From: an uncultured Gemmatimonadales bacterium
GTDB taxonomy: Bacteria > Gemmatimonadota > Gemmatimonadetes > Gemmatimonadales > Gemmatimonadaceae
Assembly: GCA_963701965.1 (NCBI GenBank)
Contig: OY969695.1
Span: 1,792,001-1,856,000, forward strand
DNA: 64,000 nt
Direction: 5' to 3'
Shown here piece by piece: positions 38,453-47,312 of the stretch. A program made the translations under genes and the position numbers. The stretch's first letter is position 1, and every line of letters starts with the position of its first letter. The notes beneath the pieces are model-generated. The model saw nothing but the letters and a program-made list of their open reading frames with translations, had not been told where the DNA came from and did no database searches.

Positions 38453-39349
38453 ATGACGACTCAGATCGTACGCGAAACACGTCGCATTGTCCCCACGCTT
38501 GCCCTGGCGACGGCCGGGTGCCTGTGGGGCACAGGATTCTTGTTCGGTAAGGTCGCCTTGAGCGAGATGCCGGTCGCCGACATGGTCTTGTTCCGCTTCG
38601 TGTTCGCCTGCGCGGCATTGGCGCCCTGCATCTTCTTGCACCGCCCTCGCTTTGCCCGAACCGAATGGGCTTGGGTGCTGGCCGCGGCGGTATTGGGGGT
38701 ACCGGTCCAGTACCTCGTCCAGTTCAAGGGGTTGTCGCTCACCACGGTCTCGCAAGCGTCTCTCATGGTCGGCACGTTGCCGATGCTGCTGGCAGTCGCC
38801 GCCGTGACATTCTCGGGCGAGCGATTGCAACCCAGTGGCTGGGTTGCGCTCGCCGCTTCGAGTGTTGGCGCGGGATTGATCGCGCTGTCGAACCAGACGG
38901 CCTCGGGGACGACGCACGCGAGCGCGCTCGGCGACCTGCTGGTTGTCCTGTCGATGTTTGCCGTCATCGCCTGGATACTGATTTCGAAGCGTCTCATGCA
39001 GCGGCACGCGGCCGTGATGGTGACCGCATTCGTGTATTGGATCGGCACCGGCATTCTGGCGACGGTGGTCGTGGGCACCCTCGGCGTTCCCTCCTTCCAT
39101 TATTCGCGTCGCGCCTGGCTCGCGGTGGCAGAGCAAGGGTTATTGGCCACCGCCGTCACGACGCTGCTGTGGAACTGGGGCCTCAAGCGGGTTCCGGCAT
39201 CGCGCGCGGGAATATTCGTAAACTTGGAACCTCTCGTGGGCGCAATCCTCGGCGTGCTGGTGCTGCACGACGTGTTGGGAAGCACGGGACTCGTCGGCGG
39301 TGCGCTGATTATTGGTGGGGCCGCCTACTTCAGCTACACGAACACCTAA
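38453..39349 (+). CDS. EamA/DMT transporter
   Basis: Two EamA repeats; LWG, GDLL, NLEP motifs. Confidence 0.9.
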   Translation: MTTQIVRETRRIVPTLALATAGCLWGTGFLFGKVALSEMPVADMVLFRFVFACAALAPCIFLHRPRFARTEWAWVLAAAVLGVPVQYLVQFKGLSLTTVSQASLMVGTLPMLLAVAAVTFSGERLQPSGWVALAASSVGAGLIALSNQTASGTTHASALGDLLVVLSMFAVIAWILISKRLMQRHAAVMVTAFVYWIGTGILATVVVGTLGVPSFHYSRRAWLAVAEQGLLATAVTTLLWNWGLKRVPASRAGIFVNLEPLVGAILGVLVLHDVLGSTGLVGGALIIGGAAYFSYTNT

Positions 39350-39648
39350 GCCGATATGCATCTTGCCCGACTCGACATCTGGTGAACATTCACGAGTCGA
39401 CACCTGCGCCAGTTTCGCAATCTCATGCACGCGGGCGCGGTGCAACGGCTATCTCAAACGTGCAATAGAGGCACCGCCTACGCCGCCTATGGCACCGTTG
39501 AGATGGTCGCGTCCGCGCTTGAGTAGCAGCACCCGACGCGAGACACACACACCACATTCTGACAGCGGCCATCATGGCCACCGAGACTTTAAGCAAATCG
39601 TATATCCGGCCGCCATCACGCTGGAATATCATCCCCGCACCGAACTAG

Positions 39649-41142
39649 TCATCGACTGATGCTACTCTCGTTGACTACGAACGAGCAGTCCGGAGCATTG
39701 TTCGGACCGAGAGGCCCAGGCGGGCAGACCTTGCTAAAGGTGTAGCGTTTGAATGTTTGGCTAGGCTCCATCGCAGCGTAGTACTGTGCGAAGTCGTTCC
39801 ATGCGCGTGCGACCTGGTAGCCGTCGAGCGTGAAGAGTCTTGGCGCGCCTGGCTCCTTCAGATCCGCAATCTCGAGTGTGATGATTGGCAATCGCGCTGC
39901 GGAGTCAGGGCCGAACACGCTGGCGTCATAGACGTAGTACCCGCGGTCCGCTACATCTTTGAGTGAAACCCAACGATCGGCGACGAGCACCGGAATCGGA
40001 TCGTGCCCGCCGAACAACGGTGAGACGACCATCGATCCACGATGCAGTTTGACACCACGCACGTCCGCTTGATACTTGAGAGTGGCTGACGGATCGACGC
40101 CGAGGAGACTTCGGCTCAAGCTGCGAAGGATAGTGCTTCCAAGAGTCTCCGCGATCCGCGGGTACACTGAAATCGAGATTACGGCCCGCGCGTTGTGCCC
40201 AACGAAGGTATCCCAGTCATGCATCGTGAGCACTTCGTCCTGATACCGCTCCTCCTGTGGGATCTCAGCCTTCGCTTCTCGTTGCGCGCGATCATGCGTT
40301 ATCTCACGAAAACGACTCTCGCGCTTGATCAGGTCCGACACCGGTGTCGAGATCGCAACCACGAACGGGCCGGCGTCCATGGCGTCAAAGGACTCGAAGG
40401 CATCGGGCTTGGCACTATCAAGCAAGGCTTTGAGCAATCGCGTCGGGTACGGACGCGAGGAGAGTACCGGCAGGACGTCCGCAATCGGAGGAGGCATCGA
40501 CCGCAGTGATTCCCGCGCGTGATCGAAGAGCACGGCGAGTCGATCTACCGGGATCGCCCCGTATATTCCTGCTCCATGTCCTTCCGTGGCAACGAACGTG
40601 TTGATCGCGATAACCTCGCCGGCGAGGTTGAGCAACGGACCGCCAGAGTTTCCCGGATTCAAATTCACATCCGTGATGATGGCGCCCGATTGGACATTGC
40701 TGACAATGCCGGCTGTTATCGACAAGGGCTCATCAAGCGGATAGCCCAGCGCAACCACATGCTGTCCGGGTCGGGTCAGCGTCGTGGCGGCGGGCGCGAG
40801 TCTCAGCCCGACGCACTGGCTGCATCGATTGAGGTCGATCTTTAGGAGTGCGAGGTCCGCGACCAGGTCCTCGTCAACTACCCGTGCCGGTACGCGCGTC
40901 GCAGAATCCACGTACACCGAGATGTCGGACTGGGCATTGATGACGTGCGCGTTTGTGACGAGTAACCCGCCGAGCGAATCCACGAGGAAGGCGGTTCCCG
41001 AGCGCAAGCCGGCGCTGACAGCGAAGACCGCATGAAGACCGTGCTCGTACAATCCAATCTCGGGTTGGTCTTGTGCACAGGCGCTTCGTGGCGATGTCAG
41101 GCTGATAGATAGAGCAGCCACCACGACCGTTGGTCGCCTCAC
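39649..41142 (-). CDS. Trypsin-like (S1C) serine protease with unrecognised C-terminal region
   Basis: GTAF, TNAHV, DLALL, NPGNSGGPL triad; signal peptide; no PDZ recognised. Confidence 0.85.
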   Translation of the reverse strand: MRRPTVVVAALSISLTSPRSACAQDQPEIGLYEHGLHAVFAVSAGLRSGTAFLVDSLGGLLVTNAHVINAQSDISVYVDSATRVPARVVDEDLVADLALLKIDLNRCSQCVGLRLAPAATTLTRPGQHVVALGYPLDEPLSITAGIVSNVQSGAIITDVNLNPGNSGGPLLNLAGEVIAINTFVATEGHGAGIYGAIPVDRLAVLFDHARESLRSMPPPIADVLPVLSSRPYPTRLLKALLDSAKPDAFESFDAMDAGPFVVAISTPVSDLIKRESRFREITHDRAQREAKAEIPQEERYQDEVLTMHDWDTFVGHNARAVISISVYPRIAETLGSTILRSLSRSLLGVDPSATLKYQADVRGVKLHRGSMVVSPLFGGHDPIPVLVADRWVSLKDVADRGYYVYDASVFGPDSAARLPIITLEIADLKEPGAPRLFTLDGYQVARAWNDFAQYYAAMEPSQTFKRYTFSKVCPPGPLGPNNAPDCSFVVNESSISR

Positions 41143-41297
41143 GCGTAGTCCTCACAGTTTGGGCGCGCCTGGACACCGACAACCTGATCGTCTTCGGTCG
41201 AGAATATGTCATGACTATTCGCACGCCGGAAGGATGGACGCATCACCGGTCTCACGCGTCTGAGGGCGACTCTGGGCCGTCGTCGTGCGATACCTTG

Positions 41298-42548
41298 CTA
41301 CGTTACGGTCCACCAGGGCGTGGCCAGCACGCGCTCGGTGAGCCAGAATGCTCGATCGCCGCCGTGGAGTAACACGCCCCCGCGCACCGTGGGTCCCGAT
41401 TCCGCTACAAACCGATCGAGATGCACGCCGTCGCGAGGCGTCGGCGACGCACTCGCCTTCACTTCGACCCCAAGCAGCGACCCACGCCGCTCAATCACGA
41501 AGTCGACCTCTGTGCCGCCCGCCGTACGGTAATACGTCACTTCCGGGCGCGGCGTCTCGGTATCGCGCCATGCGAGGAGATCCGAAAGGATGTAGTTCTC
41601 CAAGTGCGCACCCGTCGGTTCACCGCCGCCGACGTGCAGCGCGAGACCGGTGTCGCTCCAGTACAGCTTCGGTGTCTTGATCAGGCGCGTGGTGCGGTTG
41701 CGTGCGTACGCGGGCAGGCGTACTGCCTGATAGGACGTCTCCAGGAGGTTGAGGTACTGGTGCGCGGTGGTCGACGGCATGCGGACATCGCGCGCCAACT
41801 CGGTCGTGTTGAGCAAGTTGCCGATCCGGAGGGCGCCAGCGCGCATCAAGGCCTGGAAGTCCTGCAGATTGCCAACGGCCTTGAGATCTCGCAGGTCCCG
41901 TTCGAGGTAGGTGGCGACATAGCCATCGAACCACAGCGCCCGAGCCGCGTCGCTGACCGCGCCAATGGCGACGGCGGGGAACCCACCGCGGCGCACCATT
42001 TCTCGCCAGTCAGCGGCTGGCGCCGGGTCAGCGCGCACGAGATCGAGCCAGTCGGCGCGCGGCGTATCGAAAAATCGGGTCCACGCACCGGTCTCGCCCA
42101 GGCCGAGCGCTTCACGGCGCGTCAACGGGCCCAACCGCAGATACGCGGCGCGGCCGGCTAAGGAATCGCCGACCTGGTGCATCATAAGAAGATTGGCCGA
42201 ACCGGTGAGGACGAATCGTCCGTGTCGCGCCGGCCGGTCTTCGTCGACCAACCGCTTGATCGCGAGGACGAGTGCGGGGTCACGCTGCACCTCATCGACG
42301 ATCATTGCCGGTTCGCTCAAGAGGAACGCGCGGGCGTCACGGCGCGCCGCGAGGAGGGCGACGGGGTCGTCGAGTGTCACATACGGTCGATCGGCGGACG
42401 CCGGGTGAGTCGCGACGAACGTGCTCTTTCCGGCCTGACGCGGGCCGGTGACGACGACAACACGTACGCTCGCTAGCGCTGCCGCGTACGTGCGGCCGAG
42501 TGCGCGTGGCAGGACGCCAGCGTCAGATCGCCAGGGTAGGTCGACCAT
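41298..42548 (-). CDS. AAA_14 ATPase with DUF4143 (restriction-endonuclease-like) C-terminus
   Basis: GPRQAGKST, VDEVQ, LTGSA, GGFP, TPKLYWSDTGL, EVDFV..VEVK. Confidence 0.92.
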   Translation of the reverse strand: MVDLPWRSDAGVLPRALGRTYAAALASVRVVVVTGPRQAGKSTFVATHPASADRPYVTLDDPVALLAARRDARAFLLSEPAMIVDEVQRDPALVLAIKRLVDEDRPARHGRFVLTGSANLLMMHQVGDSLAGRAAYLRLGPLTRREALGLGETGAWTRFFDTPRADWLDLVRADPAPAADWREMVRRGGFPAVAIGAVSDAARALWFDGYVATYLERDLRDLKAVGNLQDFQALMRAGALRIGNLLNTTELARDVRMPSTTAHQYLNLLETSYQAVRLPAYARNRTTRLIKTPKLYWSDTGLALHVGGGEPTGAHLENYILSDLLAWRDTETPRPEVTYYRTAGGTEVDFVIERRGSLLGVEVKASASPTPRDGVHLDRFVAESGPTVRGGVLLHGGDRAFWLTERVLATPWWTVT

Positions 42549-42603
42549 TATGACAATATACACATGTCATGTAGATAATCAACACCAGACATGTAGATTA
42601 TCA
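42546..42603. promoter_or_regulatory. 22-bp-period direct repeats upstream of the ATPase
   Basis: CATGTAGATAATCA (42568) and CATGTAGATTATCA (42590); weak third copy at 42546. Confidence 0.55.
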
Positions 42604-42643
42604 GCCGCCTGCCAGTGCGTCCGATCGAACCGCCTTTCAATGT

Positions 42644-42740
42644 AACAGACACAGAAACAGACACACGAAGGCCGCGAAGGCGAGAACATCCACCGGCGCG
42701 ACCTCGGACTAACTGCTTACAGCTTTTGATGTTGTGCTAA
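42644..42740 (-). terminator. Element arm just downstream of tRNA-Arg(ACG): terminator-like hairpin plus AACAGACACA x2
   Basis: Hairpin AGGCCGCG..CGCGACCT 42669-42704; 10-mers at 42644 and 42656. Confidence 0.6.
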
Positions 42741-42814
42741 CGCGCCCGGAGAGACTCGAACTCCCAACCTTTTGATCCGTAGTCAAATGCTCTATCCAAT
42801 TGAGCTACGGGCGC
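42741..42814 (-). tRNA. tRNA-Arg(ACG)
   Basis: GCGCCCG acceptor, TTTGA-CTACGGA-TCAAA anticodon arm, GTTCGAGT T-loop; 74 nt. Confidence 0.97.
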
Positions 42815-42830
42815 AAATGCTCAAGTTCCA

Positions 42831-42904
42831 TGGGCGGTACAAGACTCGAACTTGTGACCTCCACGATGTCAACGTGGCGCTCTAACCAACTGAGCTAACC
42901 GCCC
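42831..42904 (-). tRNA. tRNA-Val(GAC)
   Basis: GGGCGGT acceptor, CCACG-TTGACAT-CGTGG anticodon arm. Confidence 0.97.
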
Positions 42905-42939
42905 GCGTAGTCCTACCTACCGCCGACCGGGCCCGACCG

Positions 42940-43012
<73 letters not shown>

Positions 43013-43229
43013 CGCCCGGAACGGAACCCAGGAACCTAGCGGTGGGTATCTGCGGTGTCAATTCACGGGGTCTGGCGCATTTCAGGTCGGCCGGTATCTT
43101 GCTGTGCTTCTGCCGGAAATGACCGTCACCATCCGTGCTCCCTCACTCTCTGGCCTCCCCCTGACCTACCTAGCGGGTCCGATCGCACCCGCACGCTGAA
43201 CCAATGCTGGTGATCCCGAGGACGAGAAC

Positions 43230-44117
43230 ATGGCCGAAGTGAAGCAGCGCCGCCGGCGCGCCACCCCGACAGGCATCGCACCCAGTGAGCCCGAGCGGGA
43301 CATCCTCGACCAATACCTCTACGAGGTCAGCACCTACCCGCTGCTGAAAGGCACCGAGGAGCTCGACCTCGCCCGAAAAATCCGCGCCGGCAATGGCGAA
43401 GCCCTCCAGGAACTCGTCAAACGCAACCTGCGCTTCGTCATCTCCGTCGCCAAGAAATACCAAAACCGCGGCCTCCCCCTCATCGACTTGATCGGCGAAG
43501 GCAACGTCGGCCTCCTCACCGCCGCCCGGAAATTCGACCCCGACCAAGGCGTCAAATTCATTTCCTACGCCGTCTGGTGGATCCGACAAGCCATCCTGTC
43601 CTCCCTCGCCCGCCAAGGCCGCACCGTCCGCGTCCCGCTCAATCGCACCGCGGACCTCTCCCGCATCATTAAAGCGTCAGAGATCCTGCGCCAGAAACTC
43701 CGGCGCGAGCCCAACCCCGAAGAACTGTCCCAACTCACGGGCCTCTCCGTCGACGTCGTCCAATCCCTCGCCGCCCTCAATACCGGCGACGTCCGCCTCG
43801 ACGCCCCCATGGACCCCGAAGGCGACCGGTCCCTCATCGAGCGCTTCGTCGCCGACGAAATGCCCGACGCCGAAGAAGAAGCCATGAACCGCTTCCTCAA
43901 CGACGAGATCGAGCAAGCCCTCGGCACCCTCCCGCCCCGCGACGCCAAAGTGCTCCGACTCTACTTCGGCCTCGAAGGCGGCCGCGAACATACCCTCGAG
44001 GAGATCGGGTCCATGCTCGGCGTCACCCGCGAGCGGGTCCGCCAGCTGCGCGACCGCGCGCTCAAGCGCCTGCGCGAAGGCGACGTCGGCCGCGCGCTCG
44101 GCAGTTTCGCGGCGTGA
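43230..44117 (+). CDS. RNA polymerase sigma-70 factor, RpoD/SigA family, lacking region 1.1
   Basis: NLRFVISVAKKY..DLIGEGNVGL..FISYAVWWIRQ..TLEEIG..VTRERVRQ. Confidence 0.96.
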   Translation: MAEVKQRRRRATPTGIAPSEPERDILDQYLYEVSTYPLLKGTEELDLARKIRAGNGEALQELVKRNLRFVISVAKKYQNRGLPLIDLIGEGNVGLLTAARKFDPDQGVKFISYAVWWIRQAILSSLARQGRTVRVPLNRTADLSRIIKASEILRQKLRREPNPEELSQLTGLSVDVVQSLAALNTGDVRLDAPMDPEGDRSLIERFVADEMPDAEEEAMNRFLNDEIEQALGTLPPRDAKVLRLYFGLEGGREHTLEEIGSMLGVTRERVRQLRDRALKRLREGDVGRALGSFAA

Positions 44118-44863
44118 TCTCACTCCGCAACGTTTATAAGGCCTTCGGGAGGAAGCGCGTCCTCGACGGATTCTCCCTCGACGTCGAAGAGGGCGAGACC
44201 GTCGCCCTTATCGGATTCTCCGGCAGCGGCAAATCCGTCGCCATCAAGCACATCGTCGGCCTCCTCATGCCCGACGCCGGCCAAGTCATCGTCGACGGCC
44301 TCAACGTCCCGACGCTGTCGCGCCAGGAGCTCTACCAACTGCGCGCCCGCATCGGCTACGTCTTCCAGTTCGCCGCCCTGTTCGACTCCCTCACCATCGG
44401 CGACAACGTCGCCATGGGCCTCAGAAAACAAGAGGGCCTCACCGAAGCCGAGATCGCCGAGCGCGTCCACGAGGCACTCGAACTGGTCGACCTGCCCGAC
44501 GTCGCCGATCGCTCCCCGGCTGAGCTCTCCGGCGGCATGCGAAAACGCGTCGGCATCGCCCGGGCGATCGCGCTCCGGCCCAAGTACATTCTGTACGATG
44601 AGCCCACAACCGGCCTGGACCCGGTGACATCCGCCGTGATCGATGACCTCATGACACGCATGGAGCGACAGCTCGGCGTGACGGGCGTCGTCATCACCCA
44701 CGACATGCGCAGCGCCTATACGGTCGCCAACCGCATCGCCATGCTGTACGAAGGCAAGGTGCGACAGTTCGGATCTGTCGACGAGATCCGCAACACCACC
44801 GATCCAGTCGTCCGCCAGTTCATCGAAGGCCGCGCCGAGCTCGCTACCGCAGAGCACGCGTAG
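44114..44863 (+). CDS. ABC ATPase, MlaF/Mkl family
   Basis: GFSGSGKS, FQFAALFDSL, ELSGGMRKRV, YDEPTTGLDP. Confidence 0.93.
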   Translation: MISLRNVYKAFGRKRVLDGFSLDVEEGETVALIGFSGSGKSVAIKHIVGLLMPDAGQVIVDGLNVPTLSRQELYQLRARIGYVFQFAALFDSLTIGDNVAMGLRKQEGLTEAEIAERVHEALELVDLPDVADRSPAELSGGMRKRVGIARAIALRPKYILYDEPTTGLDPVTSAVIDDLMTRMERQLGVTGVVITHDMRSAYTVANRIAMLYEGKVRQFGSVDEIRNTTDPVVRQFIEGRAELATAEHA

Positions 44864-44867
44864 GCGC

Positions 44868-45314
44868 ATGCCCCGTTCGCGAGCCAGGCAGGAGCAGTCC
44901 GCCGGCGGCGTCGTCTATCGCCTCGCCGGCATCGAGCCACTCTTCCTGCTCATCCGCGACTCGTATAAAAACTGGGGCTTCCCCAAAGGCCACGTCGAGA
45001 AAAACGAGGCGCCGGACGAAGCCGCCATGCGCGAAGTGGCCGAAGAGACCGGATTGACGCAGCTCGACGTCCGGTCAAAAATCGACACCATCGACTGGTA
45101 CTTCCGGTTCAACGGCCGACTCATCCACAAAGTCTGCGCGTTCTATCTCATGGAGAGCCCCAGCGGCGACACCGAGCCGCAGCACGACGAGGGCATCACC
45201 GCCTGCCGGTGGGTCAGCTACGACGAGGCGGCGGCGCTCATCTCCTACGACAACGCGCGCCAGCTGCTCCAAAAGGCCCACGCCATGGTCGTGGACCGCC
45301 GCTTGAGCGCCTGA
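44868..45314 (+). CDS. NUDIX hydrolase (Ap4A hydrolase-like)
   Basis: SAGGVV, WGFPKGHVE..AAMREVAEETG. Confidence 0.93.
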   Translation: MPRSRARQEQSAGGVVYRLAGIEPLFLLIRDSYKNWGFPKGHVEKNEAPDEAAMREVAEETGLTQLDVRSKIDTIDWYFRFNGRLIHKVCAFYLMESPSGDTEPQHDEGITACRWVSYDEAAALISYDNARQLLQKAHAMVVDRRLSA

Positions 45315-45320
45315 ACCGCC

Positions 45321-46142
45321 ATGAGCGCGTCGGCCGACCAGCTTCCGTGCCTGGCGGTCTTTGCCCCGCCAACCCGCGAGCGCGCCCGCGTGCTGGCGCG
45401 GGCGGCATTCTCGCGGCGGCGCGCCCGATTGGTGTTCGTCCGCACCGCCGCCGAACTGGCCCAAGCCTTTCGCGGTGAGCTGATCGACGCGGCGTTGCTC
45501 GATCTCGGCGCACCGAGCGGCGCGGGCGCCGCCACCGACGATACCTGGCGCGCCGCGGAGCTGGCGCGCGACTTCCCGAGCGCCGCGTTCTTCGCGGTGA
45601 CCCCGCTCCGCGTCGCCGATGCCCGCACCGTCGCCCGCTGCGCCGAGCTGGAGTTCGCCGACGTCCTCGTCGATGGCGTGGACGACGGCGTCACGCGCGA
45701 CCTGGTCACGCCGCACCTCTTTCGCGCCCGCTTCGCCGAAGCGCTCCGCGACCCGCCTGCCGCGCTCCGCCTGACATCGCCACTACAACAGAAAACGTGG
45801 CGCTGCATCGTCAACCACGCTGGACTCCCCGTACGCACCGACACCGTCGCCGCCGTCGTCGGCGTCACGCGCGAGCACCTGAGCCGCGCGTTCGCCGCCG
45901 ACCTCGCGCCGAACCTCAAGCGCGTCATCGACCTCGTGCGCCTCATCGCGGCGGCCGAACTGGCGAAAAACCCCGGCTACGATATCCGCGACGTGGCCCT
46001 GGTCCTCCGATTCGCCTCCGCGTCGCACCTCTCCAGCACCGCCCAACGCGTCGTCGGCATGCGTCCGACCTCGCTGGCCCGCCTCCGCACGGTCGATCTC
46101 TTCGAGCGGTTCGCCGCCGGTCGTGGCAAAAGCCGCAGCTGA
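45321..46142 (+). CDS. AraC-type HTH regulator with receiver-like N-terminus
   Basis: VAAVVGVTREHLSRAF and VALVLRFASASHLS double HTH. Confidence 0.8.
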   Translation: MSASADQLPCLAVFAPPTRERARVLARAAFSRRRARLVFVRTAAELAQAFRGELIDAALLDLGAPSGAGAATDDTWRAAELARDFPSAAFFAVTPLRVADARTVARCAELEFADVLVDGVDDGVTRDLVTPHLFRARFAEALRDPPAALRLTSPLQQKTWRCIVNHAGLPVRTDTVAAVVGVTREHLSRAFAADLAPNLKRVIDLVRLIAAAELAKNPGYDIRDVALVLRFASASHLSSTAQRVVGMRPTSLARLRTVDLFERFAAGRGKSRS

Positions 46143-46172
46143 GGCGTATCTTTCCTGGTCCTACCGTCTTAC

Positions 46173-46246
46173 GCGCGCGTAGCTCAGTTGGATAGAGCGT
46201 CGGCCTCCGGAGCCGAAGGTCGTGGGTTCGAATCCCGCCGCGCGCA
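46173..46246 (+). tRNA. tRNA-Arg(CCG)
   Basis: GCGCGCG acceptor, TCGGC-CTCCGGA-GCCGA anticodon arm, GTTCGAAT. Confidence 0.97.
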
Positions 46247-46368
46247 TCGTTTGTGGCGTCATAGTGGGCCCTGAGACTGGCCGCGTGGGGCACGTTCGCT
46301 GCGCCGATTGCCCCATTTGCTGCAACCGATCTGTCGTACTCGGTGATGCAAACTCAAAATAGCAGCAT

Positions 46369-47094
46369 ATGTCAATCTCGCTGCTCCGCGCACTCGGCGC
46401 CGTGTTGCTCGGTGCCTCGACCGCCGCCGCTCAAGAAGCTCGAGTCGAATACACCGTTCAGCCGTCCTTCACCCTCGATACGCGACACGTACCCGACTCC
46501 GGCGTGGTCCGCTACCTGGTCACCGACCGGCGCGACAGCACGAAGCAAGTCGGCACCATCACATACGCGTATCGCGCGCTCACCATCGGCGGCGCTCCGG
46601 CGCTCGAGCGGGCCGAGACATGGCAGTTCGGCGCCAACGCGGCCGTCGACACCGTGGTGGTATTTCGCCGCACGCTGGCGCCGATCCGGCAGCATGCCTG
46701 GACGCGAGGTGTCGAGTCAGAGCGCACGTACGACGGTCGGCGTGTCCAGCGCCGTCCGGGCTGGGGACAGGTCCGCGATTCCACCTTGACCGAGACGCGA
46801 ATGCTGCCCACGCCGATATTTTCAGCTTCGATCGGCGACCTTCTGGCGGCCGCGGTGCCGCTCGTCGACGGCTACACCGCCGTCGTCCCATCAGAGGCCG
46901 ATCAGGAACCGGGCTTCGAGCGCGACACGATTCGCGTGACCCGCGATGACGGCGCGTCGCATCGCTGGACGGTCCACTTCGTCGACCCATTCCTCATCGA
47001 GACATTCATCGTCGATGAACGGACGCGCCGCATCATCGAGTGGGACATGCGACGACGCGATGGCCGGATCGACTGGCGACTGATGCCGCGCTGA
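46369..47094 (+). CDS. Hypothetical secreted beta-rich protein
   Basis: Signal peptide MSISLLRALGAVLLGASTAAAQ; fills the mini-island. Confidence 0.8.
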   Translation: MSISLLRALGAVLLGASTAAAQEARVEYTVQPSFTLDTRHVPDSGVVRYLVTDRRDSTKQVGTITYAYRALTIGGAPALERAETWQFGANAAVDTVVVFRRTLAPIRQHAWTRGVESERTYDGRRVQRRPGWGQVRDSTLTETRMLPTPIFSASIGDLLAAAVPLVDGYTAVVPSEADQEPGFERDTIRVTRDDGASHRWTVHFVDPFLIETFIVDERTRRIIEWDMRRRDGRIDWRLMPR

Positions 47095-47111
47095 TCGCGC
47101 GTGCAGTCGTC

Positions 47112-47155
47112 GCCTCCGGAGCCGAAGGTCGTGGGTTCGAATCCCGCCGCGCGCA
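47112..47155 (+). repeat. att copy: 3' 44 bp of tRNA-Arg(CCG)
   Basis: Exact match to 46203-46246. Confidence 0.97.
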
Positions 47156-47312
47156 CTCCTAATCCTGACAAACACGTTGGCCCCGTGGCGCCCGGCGGCG
47201 CGGCGAAGGGGACTCTGCGCCGCACCGTCGCGCCGTCGCATGTTACTATTTCGCTATTTCGCGTCGCGACGAAATGATATAGAATAGGCGAGCGGCAGAC
47301 AACAGGAGAAAA

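Larger units (their letters stand above)
29742..42740. mobile_element. Tandem array of integrated modules at the tRNA-Arg(ACG) 3' end; left boundary unresolved, may reach about 11.7 kb or further
   Basis: Three tRNA 3' copies with shared arms plus an adjacent integrase remnant. Confidence 0.8.
46203..47155. mobile_element. One-gene integrase-less mini-island in tRNA-Arg(CCG)
   Basis: 44-bp perfect direct repeats 46203-46246 and 47112-47155. Confidence 0.85.

Noticed and set aside
39350..39648. Intergenic segment with GAGACACAC resembling the att arm
   Set aside because: No tRNA core or GGCCGCG hairpin follows; the match is too short.
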